This document shows positions 1 to 9,155 of a DNA stretch of 24,828 bases, one piece after another. Numbering within the stretch: position 1 is the first letter of the stretch; each line of letters starts with the position of its first letter. The stretch spans positions 1 through 24,828 of the IMG/VR virus record IMGVR_UViG_3300006751_000124; one strand, 5' to 3'. The position numbers and the translations under genes are program-made. The DNA comes from a virus. Taxonomy: Duplodnaviria > Caudoviricetes. The notes under the pieces are model-generated. The model was not told the origin of the DNA. It saw only the letters and a list, made by a program, of their open reading frames with translations, and searched no databases.

Positions 1-480
1 AGCTCCATACCCAAGCCCGGTGCCTAACATACCACCGATTGCTCCTAAACCTGCCATTCCTCCACCAGCTGCATATGCACCTCCACCCGCCATTAACCCA
101 GCGAGTGGTCCATAATTTTGAGTCGCGCCGCGGCGTTGAACAAGAGTTCTATAAGCTTCATATCCAATCCCAGCCCGAAGTAGGTTTTTAGTGGTAAGTG
201 AGGGGAGTAAACTACTACCTTTATCTTTACTAGTACCGGTTAATCCTTCTGGTTTTAATCCTTTTAAGAGTTTAGTATGTTCTTTAGTAGCCTCTAATAA
301 TTTTTTAAAAGATGTTGAAGTCTCTTTATCGTATCGAGTAGATTCAGCTAATGTATCTTTTACTCCCTTAAGAGTTTCTTCTGTATCATCTATTCTTTTA
401 TCTGAAGCATCCTTCGCGTCTTTTAGTTCGCGAACGATGTCAGTTAGTTTGCTGAAGAGCTCATCACCGGTAGCTGACAT
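1..480 (-). CDS. 5' part of a long ORF running off the window; probable tail tape-measure / gp29-like hub protein
   Basis: Not in the ORF track. ATG at 480 opens 160 codons to position 1 (MSATGDELFSKLTDIVRELKDAKDASDKRIDD...GLMAGGGAYAAGGGMAGLGAIGGMLGTGLGYGA): a helical charged N-terminus, then Gly/Ala-rich sequence. TAAATATTTA lies upstream and the gene follows gp26/gp51-like genes. The CDS is well supported; the function is inferred. Confidence 0.5.
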   Translation of the reverse strand, partial: MSATGDELFSKLTDIVRELKDAKDASDKRIDDTEETLKGVKDTLAESTRYDKETSTSFKKLLEATKEHTKLLKGLKPEGLTGTSKDKGSSLLPSLTTKNLLRAGIGYEAYRTLVQRRGATQNYGPLAGLMAGGGAYAAGGGMAGLGAIGGMLGTGLGYGA

Positions 481-485
481 ATCTG

Positions 486-495
486 TAAATATTTA
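486..495 (-). promoter_or_regulatory. T4-like late promoter core (palindromic TAAATATTTA)
   Basis: TAAATA 495-490, 9 nt before ATG 480, in a 24-bp intergenic gap. Confidence 0.6.
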
Positions 496-504
496 ATTTT
501 AAAA

Positions 505-1167
505 TCAATAAAAAGCGGAAAAATCTCCCTCATGATTTCTAATATTAGATATGCTTTCAAATGTAGAAGATATTGTTTGTGTGATTTGTTTTATATTATC
601 TATGTCAAACAATAGGTATAACTCATATAATTCTCCTATAGAAAGATTAGCTGTTTCATAATCTTTATCATCAACGGCTATTGAATGTAAAAATCTAAAA
701 GAATCAAAAAACAAAATATCAGTTTCGTTTAATTCTTTTTCTTTGTTTAATAAAAAATCTATTATATTATTTTCATGCATTAAGTTACACTGTGTAAATT
801 TAATAGAAGCTTTTATTTTGTTTAGTTGTAACTCTAAACTTATATCTTTTAATTTATCTATAACGTTTAAATCTTTAACATTAAATGGATTTTGTTCATC
901 AATTATATCTTGTCTCCAAAAATTAATAATGCATAATTTATCTTTGTATGTAAATTGTCGATTTAAATCTATATTAATAATATATTCATTTACATATTGT
1001 AAATATCTAAGAACAATACTAGTATCACTATAATCTATATCTCCTAAGGCATCATGTAATTTAGATTGAAAATCTACATTAACCTTTGTTAATTTAATTT
1101 CTCCATTATCAGGTAGAATTAAAGTAGTAGTACATAATTGTTTAAATTTGTTTAATAACTCAGACAT
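505..1167 (-). CDS. baseplate hub subunit, T4 gp26-like
   Basis: N-terminal TLILPDNGEIKLTKVNV and FTYKDKLCIINFWR resemble the gp26 pattern (LxLPSxGxxIKxRPF ... D..YL..xLR); lies in the tail/baseplate block. Confidence 0.5.
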   Translation of the reverse strand: MSELLNKFKQLCTTTLILPDNGEIKLTKVNVDFQSKLHDALGDIDYSDTSIVLRYLQYVNEYIINIDLNRQFTYKDKLCIINFWRQDIIDEQNPFNVKDLNVIDKLKDISLELQLNKIKASIKFTQCNLMHENNIIDFLLNKEKELNETDILFFDSFRFLHSIAVDDKDYETANLSIGELYELYLLFDIDNIKQITQTISSTFESISNIRNHEGDFSAFY

Positions 1168-1831
1168 TAGAATTTTCCTTACTTGTTTGTTTGTTAATTA
1201 ATTTTATGTATAGATTTACAGACTTAATAGAAAGTTGATTAAAATCTTGATATGTAAAATTATATTCTCTCATTAAATGTAATTGTTGTTGTAATAAAGA
1301 TTCATAATCTTGAACAAAACATAAGTATATTATATGTATAATTAAGGGTTTATTATAAGAAAATCCACTATTAAATTCTTTATTTACATAATATGTATAT
1401 GTGTTGTTTAATTTATCTAAATAATATTGTATTTCCTTAGAGTATTTTTTAATTAAAAATAGTGGTATATCTGTTGTATTGAAACTTAAAACAGTATCTT
1501 TGTATTGTATTTTTTTAATGCAGGATGCTTTTAGTAAAGATGTAGTATCCGGATATCCTATTGTTAAAATGTAGTCATCTATTTTATGTTTTTTTTCTTC
1601 GTAAGTCGGTAGGTTTTTTAAAAAATTATCTTTAAAGATTATTATTTCTTTTTTGTTTATATCTAATTTTATTGAATCAGTTTTATCTATGTATTTGCTG
1701 TTTTTACATTTTTGTAAAAATTCTATAATATTATTACTAGGTAATTTATTATTAATAAAAGAAAATAGATTATCAATTTGATTCTGTGTATAGAGTCTTG
1801 ATATTTCTATTACATCATTGTAACTTATCAT
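1160..1831 (-). CDS. baseplate hub assembly protein, gp51/gp26-family-like
   Basis: C-terminal YESLLQQQLHLMREYNFTYQDFNQLSIKSVNLYIKLINK resembles the LM..h.ys..e.e.m...e..iY..ll motif of T4-like hub assembly proteins; overlaps both neighbours. Confidence 0.5.
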   Translation of the reverse strand: MISYNDVIEISRLYTQNQIDNLFSFINNKLPSNNIIEFLQKCKNSKYIDKTDSIKLDINKKEIIIFKDNFLKNLPTYEEKKHKIDDYILTIGYPDTTSLLKASCIKKIQYKDTVLSFNTTDIPLFLIKKYSKEIQYYLDKLNNTYTYYVNKEFNSGFSYNKPLIIHIIYLCFVQDYESLLQQQLHLMREYNFTYQDFNQLSIKSVNLYIKLINKQTSKENSNV

Positions 1832-2559
1832 TAGTTAAACGGTATGTTAACGTCATATTTAGAGAATCTCCAGCCGACAGTTATACTACCTATTTTTGTA
1901 TCACCATCATATTCGGCAACATTTTGAGTTTTTATAATATATGGAATACAATCTTTATATATGTAATTTTTTCTAATTACAGGATCCGGATCCCAGCCTC
2001 CATCAACTGTTTGTTTAGATATATATGAAATTGTTATATTTGTAGATAACAGCGGCTCTGTTGTATTACCATATACGCTATATAATTGTACCCATGATCT
2101 AAATATACTGTCAACCAAACTAATATTAGTATCTGAAAATTGTATATCAAGATCATTATCAGGGTACTCTCTTGCTTCCATAAAGGGACCTACAGGTAAT
2201 AATCCATTAATTAACGTACCTCTATTATTTACATTAGTAGTTTCTGTAGTGAGATCAATTCCAGTTGCTAAAAACATCCAATTATTACCACCACCAAAAT
2301 AAGGCTGAAAGGTGGTGGTAGCTGCGTCTAGACCAGATGAAGTAGTTCCGGTACGTACACCTAATTTATTAATATCATTTTCTGTTATAGCAGATGGTAA
2401 TGTATCTATATTAACTAAAAAGAAATTTTGGGCAGCAGGGAATGTGGAAAAATTTTGAAGAAGTTCATAAAATGATTCTCTCAGATTCGATGCATTTGAA
2501 GATACAAGATCAGGAGAATCTTTTTTGGAACCAAAAAAATCGCTCAGCCAACTGCCCAT
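1831..2559 (-). CDS. tail-tube-fold protein (gp19 paralogue; gp54/gp48-like tube initiator)
   Basis: LDIQFSDT...FRSWVQL, NITISYI, YIYKDCIP and SITVGWRFSKY mirror the tube-protein motifs of the adjacent gp19. Confidence 0.65.
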   Translation of the reverse strand: MGSWLSDFFGSKKDSPDLVSSNASNLRESFYELLQNFSTFPAAQNFFLVNIDTLPSAITENDINKLGVRTGTTSSGLDAATTTFQPYFGGGNNWMFLATGIDLTTETTNVNNRGTLINGLLPVGPFMEAREYPDNDLDIQFSDTNISLVDSIFRSWVQLYSVYGNTTEPLLSTNITISYISKQTVDGGWDPDPVIRKNYIYKDCIPYIIKTQNVAEYDGDTKIGSITVGWRFSKYDVNIPFN

Positions 2560-2560
2560 G

Positions 2561-2570
2561 TAAATATTTA
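2561..2570 (-). promoter_or_regulatory. late promoter, probably leaderless (TAAATATTTAC-ATG)
   Basis: TAAATA 2570-2565, 5 nt before ATG 2559; the identical 14-mer TAAATATTTACATG occurs at 9145-9158 (+). Confidence 0.7.
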
Positions 2571-2576
2571 AGACAA

Positions 2577-3167
2577 TTAACCTACTAGAGCACCTGCTAA
2601 TTTACCTATAGTATTAACAGTACCACGAATAGCAGGATCTCTCCTAAAGAATTGATAGGCCATTGTAATAGTTACTGTAGCAACTTCTCCGTCACCTGAC
2701 ATAGAATATCCTATATTACCACAATCAGTTGGAAATACTCCGTGGAGTTTATATGTACGCATTGGTTCGAATTTAGTGTTTAATTGAACTAATGTTATTG
2801 TACTATTATTATGAAGTATACCATCTCCGGTTGTAGTTTCATCATTATAAGTTTCAGTTATCCAATTTTCCATTGCAATGCGAGAATTAGTTGTTGCATC
2901 ACAATAAAAATCAATTGTAAATGCATCACTATTATTATAAGAGACAGTCCCGGGGATTCTAAATGTAAATCCGTTATAAGGAACATCTTTTGTTGCAATT
3001 GTTTTACCTGGTAATTCTGCGGTTGTAGCATATACTAAGTCATCTTCAGTAAAAACAGGGATGCCTTTATTAGAGACGTCTAATACGCGGAATTGAAAGT
3101 CACGTGCAAAGTCTCTCGTTTGAGCTACCTTATAAAAATCTTGAATTGTTTGTTTAATATCAGCCAT
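2577..3167 (-). CDS. gp19: tail tube protein
   Basis: 196 aa directly downstream of the sheath; motifs ARDFQFRV, ELPGKTI..VPYNG..FRIPG, FTIDFYCD, MENW, YKLHGVFP and TITMAYQFF. Confidence 0.85.
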   Translation of the reverse strand: MADIKQTIQDFYKVAQTRDFARDFQFRVLDVSNKGIPVFTEDDLVYATTAELPGKTIATKDVPYNGFTFRIPGTVSYNNSDAFTIDFYCDATTNSRIAMENWITETYNDETTTGDGILHNNSTITLVQLNTKFEPMRTYKLHGVFPTDCGNIGYSMSGDGEVATVTITMAYQFFRRDPAIRGTVNTIGKLAGALVG

Positions 3168-3178
3168 GATGTTATAAT

Positions 3179-3184
3179 TATTTA
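3179..3184 (-). promoter_or_regulatory. late promoter core upstream of tail tube
   Basis: CTAAATAATTATAACATC-ATG; TAAATA 11 nt before ATG 3167 in the intergenic gap. Confidence 0.55.
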
Positions 3185-3198
3185 GTGTTTACTTTAAT

Positions 3199-5895
3199 TT
3201 ATTGTCCAACTATCTCCTGGAAATTAACATCGTTGTTCACTGCGTAAAAGTTAACCAATATAAACTCTGCAGCACGAACTGGCTTCAAATAGATATCTAC
3301 TCTTAGCTCATTCTGTTCGATAACACTGTTAGGGTTATTTCGGTCATCACAAACAATAAGATAATCATATATACCTTCTGTTTGTTTACAGTTTTCAAAC
3401 ATTGGTGTTAATGTATTAACAACTTTGTTTCTTGTTAAGAACGTATTAGGTTCAAAGATAAAGAATTTCAATGTCTCTCGTGTTCTTTTCTCTAAATCGA
3501 GGAACAATCTACGAACGTTAATTCTATCAAATGCCGTAGGTTTACGTTGTAATGTCTTTTGACCGAATATAACAATACCTTCTCCCGGGAATTGTGTAAC
3601 AGGATTAATCGCAATCCTATATAATTGATCTCTTTGACGTTGGGTCGGGCTTATTGCAATGTCATTTACACCACCAACAACACCGCGGTTAAAACCAGCT
3701 GGTGCATACCAAGGTGCATATGCGGCATCGTTTTGGGCAAAGATCTTTGCAGCGACTCCAGAGAATGGAATCCAAATTTGTGCACCACTGGATGCATCGC
3801 CAACCTTTGCCCAGTTACCATATGTTGTCGCGAAATTACTATTAGCAACACCAAATTGATGTCTTAAGGGCCAATACACATGCTTACTAAAGTTCTTAGA
3901 TTTATCATCTAATACTTTTTGACCAGGCGCAGATCCTTGAACAACTAATGGTCGGAGTGCATCAGCAATAAAAATATGATCCTTTCTAGTCTCACGCGCA
4001 AATGATTCAAATTTATTGAATATAGTTCTGTAATCATTTCTATAATTTATTTGAGTAGTAGTGCCTTTCATATTAGGGTCTGCTGTATAAAACCCTGTTC
4101 CCGTACTTGCATTACCAACATCTACATAAGTAGTATCATCAAAATTAGATCCATTACCTAAAGCATGAACTGTTCCTAATCCAGCTTCAACAGTAACATC
4201 CATTTGGAATACATCAACATTACTACCAATTTCAAATATTCTATCTAACTTATCTGGAATACTACCAATATTTTTATCCAGGGCTGTGTTAGTTGTAGAA
4301 CTATAAACACCTAATGGGAACAATCCTTGTTCTTTAGCAAAATTAACCAAATTTCTTAATCTTTGATTAGCGGTATCATCAACAGCAGCTTGTAATACAC
4401 CAGCATTTGTAGTATTAGTATGAATAGTTCGTACAAACTTCTTAGGTGCACCACCGGCTACAGTCCATGAACCACTCTTTGTACTAATATATGGATTTAC
4501 TAAAACCTTAACATTAGGAGAGCCGCTTTCGACATTTTCAATGAAAATTGATTTTTTCGCACCACCATTCTCATCTTGAATTTTTCTAGATGCATCTAAT
4601 GATCCAGTATATCCTTCTGCTAAGAACTGGGTTAGTTCAATTTCAGAATTCGAGAATGGAGTATTTCTAATCTTAAAAATACCTAAATTAATTGTATCAA
4701 CAAACTCTGGACCTAATTCCCACTTTGAAATATTTTCAAGAGATTTACTCACACTACTCTTTTCATCTGTCGCAGATCCAGATAATGAAAAATCAATTCT
4801 CGAAGTCGGGACAGTTGCATATTGCGCCGGGGTTCGGGTTCCAGTTACTGATGTTGTATAAACATAAGCTCCAGCTGCATCATATGGTGTTGATGGGTTA
4901 GTATGCGAGCTATCTGAAATTGCTCCATAATAACCTTCAAAGGAATCGTTAATATAAGTCGCACCTGTATTTAAAACAATAATACCAGCGTTACCTAGTT
5001 TATCCGATGTACCATCAAATGTTTCTTCCGCCCCAGCAGATACATTGTTTGACCAAGTAATGTTACCGTCTTTGGCTGCGTTGTATTGCGCTTCGGTTAA
5101 TTCGACTAATGTTGGATTACCAATTACGTAGTAATTAGATGAACTTAAAGATGTTGTTGTTCCGTTACTTACCCCAAATGGAACATTACCAAAATTGTCA
5201 GCTGCATTACTAAACACTTCTCCTGCAACTAACGATGTTCCTACAGCAGTAAGAGCAGAGAAATCAGAAGCAGCACCAAACGCTGAAGGAATAGCAGACA
5301 ATGTATATGTGTTTATATCGCTCGCGGCCGCCGAGTGGGCCCCGGTTGCGGCGCTTGTAGCAAACATGTTTGTTTTTGCAGAAACATAACTTAAACTATC
5401 ATTTGCATCTTTAATAATTAATTCTACCCCGACTGTTGATCCACCTGCTGCAGTCATTTGAGTCTCTACACCGCTTATCATACCAACAGCGCTTTTATTA
5501 AGAAGTAAATCTAATTGTGCTGTTCCTGTTCCTGTAGTATTTGCATTAAATCCAGTAACAGTTGCAGTATTAAGGCCACCAACCGGGTAAACTAGAGCAG
5601 AATACCTTCTCGTACCAGTTGAACCACCATAAGGTATACGAGAGACAAAAACGTTGGCATCACTATTAAACACTTGTCTAGCCGAATGATAAAAATATCT
5701 CTCGGCGGCGTTGGTTGGTACTCCATAAATTTCTTGAAATTCTCCGAATGTACCAACATTAAAAATTTCATCTGTTGGGCCTTGATCAGAGAATCCAGCG
5801 ATGAATACGCTTGTTCCTACGGCGGCGGCTGGCCGTTGAGTCATATCAATTTCTCTTATTTCGATACCTGGTGATTGAATTGTTCGTCTGCTCAT
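3199..5895 (-). CDS. gp18: contractile tail sheath protein
   Basis: N-terminal SPGIEIREID...GPTDE..FQEIYG; C-terminal PWYAPAGFNRG, LYRIAINPV, FGQKTL, FDRINVRRLF, FEPN, CDDRNN and IYLKPVRAAEFILVNF. Confidence 0.97.
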   Translation of the reverse strand: MSRRTIQSPGIEIREIDMTQRPAAAVGTSVFIAGFSDQGPTDEIFNVGTFGEFQEIYGVPTNAAERYFYHSARQVFNSDANVFVSRIPYGGSTGTRRYSALVYPVGGLNTATVTGFNANTTGTGTAQLDLLLNKSAVGMISGVETQMTAAGGSTVGVELIIKDANDSLSYVSAKTNMFATSAATGAHSAAASDINTYTLSAIPSAFGAASDFSALTAVGTSLVAGEVFSNAADNFGNVPFGVSNGTTTSLSSSNYYVIGNPTLVELTEAQYNAAKDGNITWSNNVSAGAEETFDGTSDKLGNAGIIVLNTGATYINDSFEGYYGAISDSSHTNPSTPYDAAGAYVYTTSVTGTRTPAQYATVPTSRIDFSLSGSATDEKSSVSKSLENISKWELGPEFVDTINLGIFKIRNTPFSNSEIELTQFLAEGYTGSLDASRKIQDENGGAKKSIFIENVESGSPNVKVLVNPYISTKSGSWTVAGGAPKKFVRTIHTNTTNAGVLQAAVDDTANQRLRNLVNFAKEQGLFPLGVYSSTTNTALDKNIGSIPDKLDRIFEIGSNVDVFQMDVTVEAGLGTVHALGNGSNFDDTTYVDVGNASTGTGFYTADPNMKGTTTQINYRNDYRTIFNKFESFARETRKDHIFIADALRPLVVQGSAPGQKVLDDKSKNFSKHVYWPLRHQFGVANSNFATTYGNWAKVGDASSGAQIWIPFSGVAAKIFAQNDAAYAPWYAPAGFNRGVVGGVNDIAISPTQRQRDQLYRIAINPVTQFPGEGIVIFGQKTLQRKPTAFDRINVRRLFLDLEKRTRETLKFFIFEPNTFLTRNKVVNTLTPMFENCKQTEGIYDYLIVCDDRNNPNSVIEQNELRVDIYLKPVRAAEFILVNFYAVNNDVNFQEIVGQ

Positions 5896-5920
5896 AGTAA
5901 AAAACCTTTACAAGTATTTA
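5896..5920 (-). promoter_or_regulatory. late promoter with short leader and SD-like AAAGG for the sheath
   Basis: aaTAAATA (5920-5915)-CTTGTAAAGGTTTTTTACT-ATG 5895. Confidence 0.6.
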
Positions 5921-5944
5921 TTGTTTTCCGGTGGCATAATTTAG

Positions 5945-5973
5945 TTGATTTGGCGAAATAGGCATTATAATAT
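5945..5973 (+). promoter_or_regulatory. sigma70-like promoter for rmlA, probably leaderless
   Basis: TTGATT (5945-5950), 17 bp, TAATAT (5968-5973), then 6 nt to ATG 5980; an overlapping TATAAT lies at 5966-5971. Confidence 0.45.
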
Positions 5974-5979
5974 AAATAT

Positions 5980-6843
5980 ATGAAGGGCATCATATTAGCT
6001 GGAGGTACAGGATCTAGAGTGTATCCTAGTACAAAAACAGTCTCAAAGCAGCTGTTACCAATTTACGATAAGCCTACTATCTATTATCCTCTATCGACTT
6101 TAATAAGATTAGGAATAAAGGATATAATGATTATTACAAATGCTCAAGCGTATCCTCATTTGTTGCATTTGTTTAATCAAACAGATAAACCACGACCATA
6201 TCTAGGTCTTAATATTACATTTAAAATACAAATGTCACCAGCTGGTATAGCAGAGGCATTAATTATTGCGGAAGGTTGGCAAGGAGATGATAATATATGT
6301 TTAATTTTAGGGGATAATATTTTTACTGGTATAAAGAAACCAAAACTTAATGGCAATAAAGCTTGTGTTGTGAGTTATAAAGTTTCAAACCCAAGCGATT
6401 ATGGTGTTATAGAGCTTGATGCAACTGATACAATAGTTTCTATAGAAGAAAAACCAGATGTTCCTCCTAGTAATTTAGCTGTTACAGGTATTTATTTTTA
6501 TGATAATACAGCTGGAGAACGAGCACGTAGATTGGAACCATCAGAGAGAGGCGAATTAGAAATTACTGATTTAAATAAAAGTTATTTACAAGATAATGTA
6601 CTAGGTCACAGTAGTTTAAATAGTAATTATGCATGGTTTGATACTGGAAATCCAGATGAAATGTTCGCTGCATCGATGTATGTTAAGTCTATACAAGATA
6701 GAACTAATACAATGATTGGATGTATTGAGGGAGAAGCATATAAACAAGGGTTTATCACATATGACCAATTTATAAAAATTAAAGATAAAATGCCTATGTG
6801 CTCATATACGACTAATTTAGTTATGAGTTATTGCTTTGATTAA
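5980..6843 (+). CDS. rmlA: glucose-1-phosphate thymidylyltransferase
   Basis: MKGIILAGGTGSRVYP, SKQLLPIYDKP.IYYPLSTL, LILGDNIF, IEEKP, RGELEITD and AWFDTG. Confidence 0.95.
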   Translation: MKGIILAGGTGSRVYPSTKTVSKQLLPIYDKPTIYYPLSTLIRLGIKDIMIITNAQAYPHLLHLFNQTDKPRPYLGLNITFKIQMSPAGIAEALIIAEGWQGDDNICLILGDNIFTGIKKPKLNGNKACVVSYKVSNPSDYGVIELDATDTIVSIEEKPDVPPSNLAVTGIYFYDNTAGERARRLEPSERGELEITDLNKSYLQDNVLGHSSLNSNYAWFDTGNPDEMFAASMYVKSIQDRTNTMIGCIEGEAYKQGFITYDQFIKIKDKMPMCSYTTNLVMSYCFD

Positions 6844-7427
6844 ATTAATTTTGCTTCCACCCGGGTGAATTCAAAAGTAGCAGAGGAGGAAATTTCTTCA
6901 CTAATAGCATAATTCCATTTAATTTGAGTTAATTTAGTTGGAAATGCTCCAATATAATCCCATTGGATTTTTCTGTTTTCATATTCATCTAATCCGTATA
7001 CAGTTAAATTAGATGAATATACTGGTAGTTGCTGAGAAGGGGATGATAACTCTTGGGCTGATTTATATTTTATAATATCATCCTCGTTAAAGTTACCAGT
7101 TTTAATATCATTTATAATATCTAGCCATTTATATATTGCCCAATAATTTTTAAATTCGTTATCAATTTTAAAATCTATATCTAAAGATTCATATGAAGGT
7201 CGTGCATGTGAGCTAACTTTTATAGTTTGTGCTCCGTATGGAATAGTTTTTTCAGGAACACTAATAGTAGGAGTTACTGCACCTGCAATACTAATTTCTA
7301 AACTATTAGCATCGAGTCTGTTTGTATTTCTAGTTATATTGTCTACAATATTTTTTATACCTTCAGGTAAATTTAAAACTAATATAAATTTATCTTGTCT
7401 ATTTTTATTAAGTGGTGATTGGTTCAT
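6840..7427 (-). CDS. gp3: tail tube terminator / tail completion protein, T4 gp3-like
   Basis: P.ISV.E..IPY, YESLDIDFKIDNEFKNYWAIYKWL, GAFPTKL and SATFEF are tube-fold gp3 motifs; 195 aa. Confidence 0.7.
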   Translation of the reverse strand: MNQSPLNKNRQDKFILVLNLPEGIKNIVDNITRNTNRLDANSLEISIAGAVTPTISVPEKTIPYGAQTIKVSSHARPSYESLDIDFKIDNEFKNYWAIYKWLDIINDIKTGNFNEDDIIKYKSAQELSSPSQQLPVYSSNLTVYGLDEYENRKIQWDYIGAFPTKLTQIKWNYAISEEISSSATFEFTRVEAKLI

Positions 7428-9142
7428 ACTTTAACATATCCTTGTGCTTCTAGTTCATCCATATCTGCATTATAATTAGGATCGGAATCCTGATTAAAAA
7501 TATTTATATCTTCGAAGATGACTGGAGGTGGTTTCCAGGTGTCGTCAATATTTTGCATCTTATAATCTTGGAGGAAATTGCTAAATTTTTGATCGATATA
7601 TGGGCCGAGTTCTATTTTTGCTGGTCGTTGATTATCATCAATTTCTACAACATTATAATATTTTTGAATGACGCTATTTTCTAATATTAATAATGCCCAC
7701 ACCATCGCCATAACCCTATCATCATAATCAAACCCTGGCTGGGCTGCCCACGACCCATTAGGGTATCGTACAAAATTTTTCATTTCTACAACAGCTGGTC
7801 TTGATCTTACATCAACACACTTAATATCATTAACCCAATATCTCATATTAGTAATACCTTTGTATTTGGTATTAGTGTGAGCATATACCCCTAGTCTGTC
7901 ATATTTTACTTGACCTACTTTAGGCGACCAATTAACTATACTTCTGTAATTATATTGGTGATATAAATTATCTACAACCTGACTACCGCAATTATTTCTT
8001 TCAATTAATACAGGAGGTGCGCCCCAGTGATAACATATATCACGAACTTTAGTAGTAAATTCAAATGGATTAATTTCATTAGATGCATATTCTGCAACTT
8101 GTTTTATGTCTTGTAGTTCAGTTATATCTAAGACCTGTATAACGCTAAAATTCTGACCTACACCCTCTGCTACATCAACACCAATAGTATATAAATGATC
8201 TTTATCAGGTTCTTCCCATACTTTATAACAACCGTCATCAAACACATATGTTGGTTCTGTTGCTTTTGCTAATAATTTTTCAAAGAAGATTTCATCAATA
8301 AATGAATCGCCAGTGTCAAGAAACTTACAGTCAAACTCTTGTGCAAAAGCTTCTTCACTTCCTATAGATTTAATAGTTTCGTGCTTCCATGCTTCATCTC
8401 TACCTGGAACTTCATGCCATAATATTTTTTCTGCCTTCCAGTTGTTTATTCCTTTTTCTGCTTCTGTATACAATGTGTGAAATAAATTACCACTCCCATT
8501 AGGGGTAGATGCAACAAATATTTTAGATTTTGTTGATGCTGAAATAATTGGGTATACTGACTTCCAAAATTCTTCAACAAGATTATTTGGAATAAAAGCT
8601 AACTCGTCAAGAACTAAAACATTTACAGATTCACCTCGACCTGCATCTGAACTTGTAGTACTAATACCAATACTACTACCGTTTGCTAATTTCATAGAAG
8701 TTTTACCGTACTCTATAACACCTGGTTTTAAATAATTTGGTAAATTCTCATATGCAAGCCTAACTCGTGAAAAAATACTAATAGCAGTCTGTTCTTTATT
8801 TGCGACGATTAATATTCGCTGATCGTCTTGAAAGCAAGCAATCCATAACGCGTAGATCGTCATCATAGTAGTTTTTCCTGTTTGTCTACTAGCCATACAA
8901 GCTACAAATCTATTATCTCTTAAACTACGTAACACTCTTTTTTGATAAGAGTATAAACTAATTTTTATTCTACCTTGATCAAGATTAACAATGTGAAAAA
9001 AGTTTTCTGCAAAGTGGAGAATGTTCTGTCTCGCCTTCTTAAGAGACTTCACCATTTCAGGAGTCCATTCGTACTCCATATTGGGGTTAGGTAAATTTGT
9101 ATTACCTAAATAAAATTTATCGTCCTTTTTTAGCCTAGGCAC
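7424..9142 (-). CDS. gp17: terminase large subunit (GTG start)
   Basis: Walker A ASRQTGKTT, Walker B VLVLDELAF, STPNG.GNLF, FAQEF.C.F, and RNase H-like nuclease motifs GVDVAEG, IERNN and DDRVMA. Confidence 0.97.
   Translation of the reverse strand: MPRLKKDDKFYLGNTNLPNPNMEYEWTPEMVKSLKKARQNILHFAENFFHIVNLDQGRIKISLYSYQKRVLRSLRDNRFVACMASRQTGKTTMMTIYALWIACFQDDQRILIVANKEQTAISIFSRVRLAYENLPNYLKPGVIEYGKTSMKLANGSSIGISTTSSDAGRGESVNVLVLDELAFIPNNLVEEFWKSVYPIISASTKSKIFVASTPNGSGNLFHTLYTEAEKGINNWKAEKILWHEVPGRDEAWKHETIKSIGSEEAFAQEFDCKFLDTGDSFIDEIFFEKLLAKATEPTYVFDDGCYKVWEEPDKDHLYTIGVDVAEGVGQNFSVIQVLDITELQDIKQVAEYASNEINPFEFTTKVRDICYHWGAPPVLIERNNCGSQVVDNLYHQYNYRSIVNWSPKVGQVKYDRLGVYAHTNTKYKGITNMRYWVNDIKCVDVRSRPAVVEMKNFVRYPNGSWAAQPGFDYDDRVMAMVWALLILENSVIQKYYNVVEIDDNQRPAKIELGPYIDQKFSNFLQDYKMQNIDDTWKPPPVIFEDINIFNQDSDPNYNADMDELEAQGYVKV
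7501..7508 (-). promoter_or_regulatory. possible internal late promoter for gp3
   Basis: Perfect TATAAATA in the terminase 3' end, 73 nt upstream of ATG 7427; could be chance in AT-rich DNA. Confidence 0.35.
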
Positions 9143-9155
9143 TATAAATATTTAC
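9143..9155. promoter_or_regulatory. bidirectional palindromic late promoter
   Basis: The whole 13-bp intergenic gap reads TATAAATATTTAC. The palindrome TAAATATTTA (9145-9154) puts TAAATA 5 nt before ATG 9156 (+) and 6 nt before GTG 9142 (-). Confidence 0.75.

Noticed and set aside
191-496. + strand 101-aa ORF
   Set aside because: Antisense shadow of the real minus-strand gene starting at 480; Ser/Leu/Val-rich as expected for the reverse of an E/K/D-rich gene.
743-5874. Short ORFs inside the hub, tube and sheath genes (743, 1786, 2811, 3625, 3659, 3666, 4692, 5195, 5674)
   Set aside because: They lie within well-supported genes and show no motifs or expression signals.
5971-5978. Perfect TATAAATA as the late promoter of rmlA
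   Set aside because: Only 1 nt from the ATG, so +1 would fall inside the CDS; a sigma70-like reading fits better.
6840-6843. TTAA as a transposon target-site duplication around rmlA
   Set aside because: No transposase, terminal repeats or matching flank; overlapping stop codons explain it.
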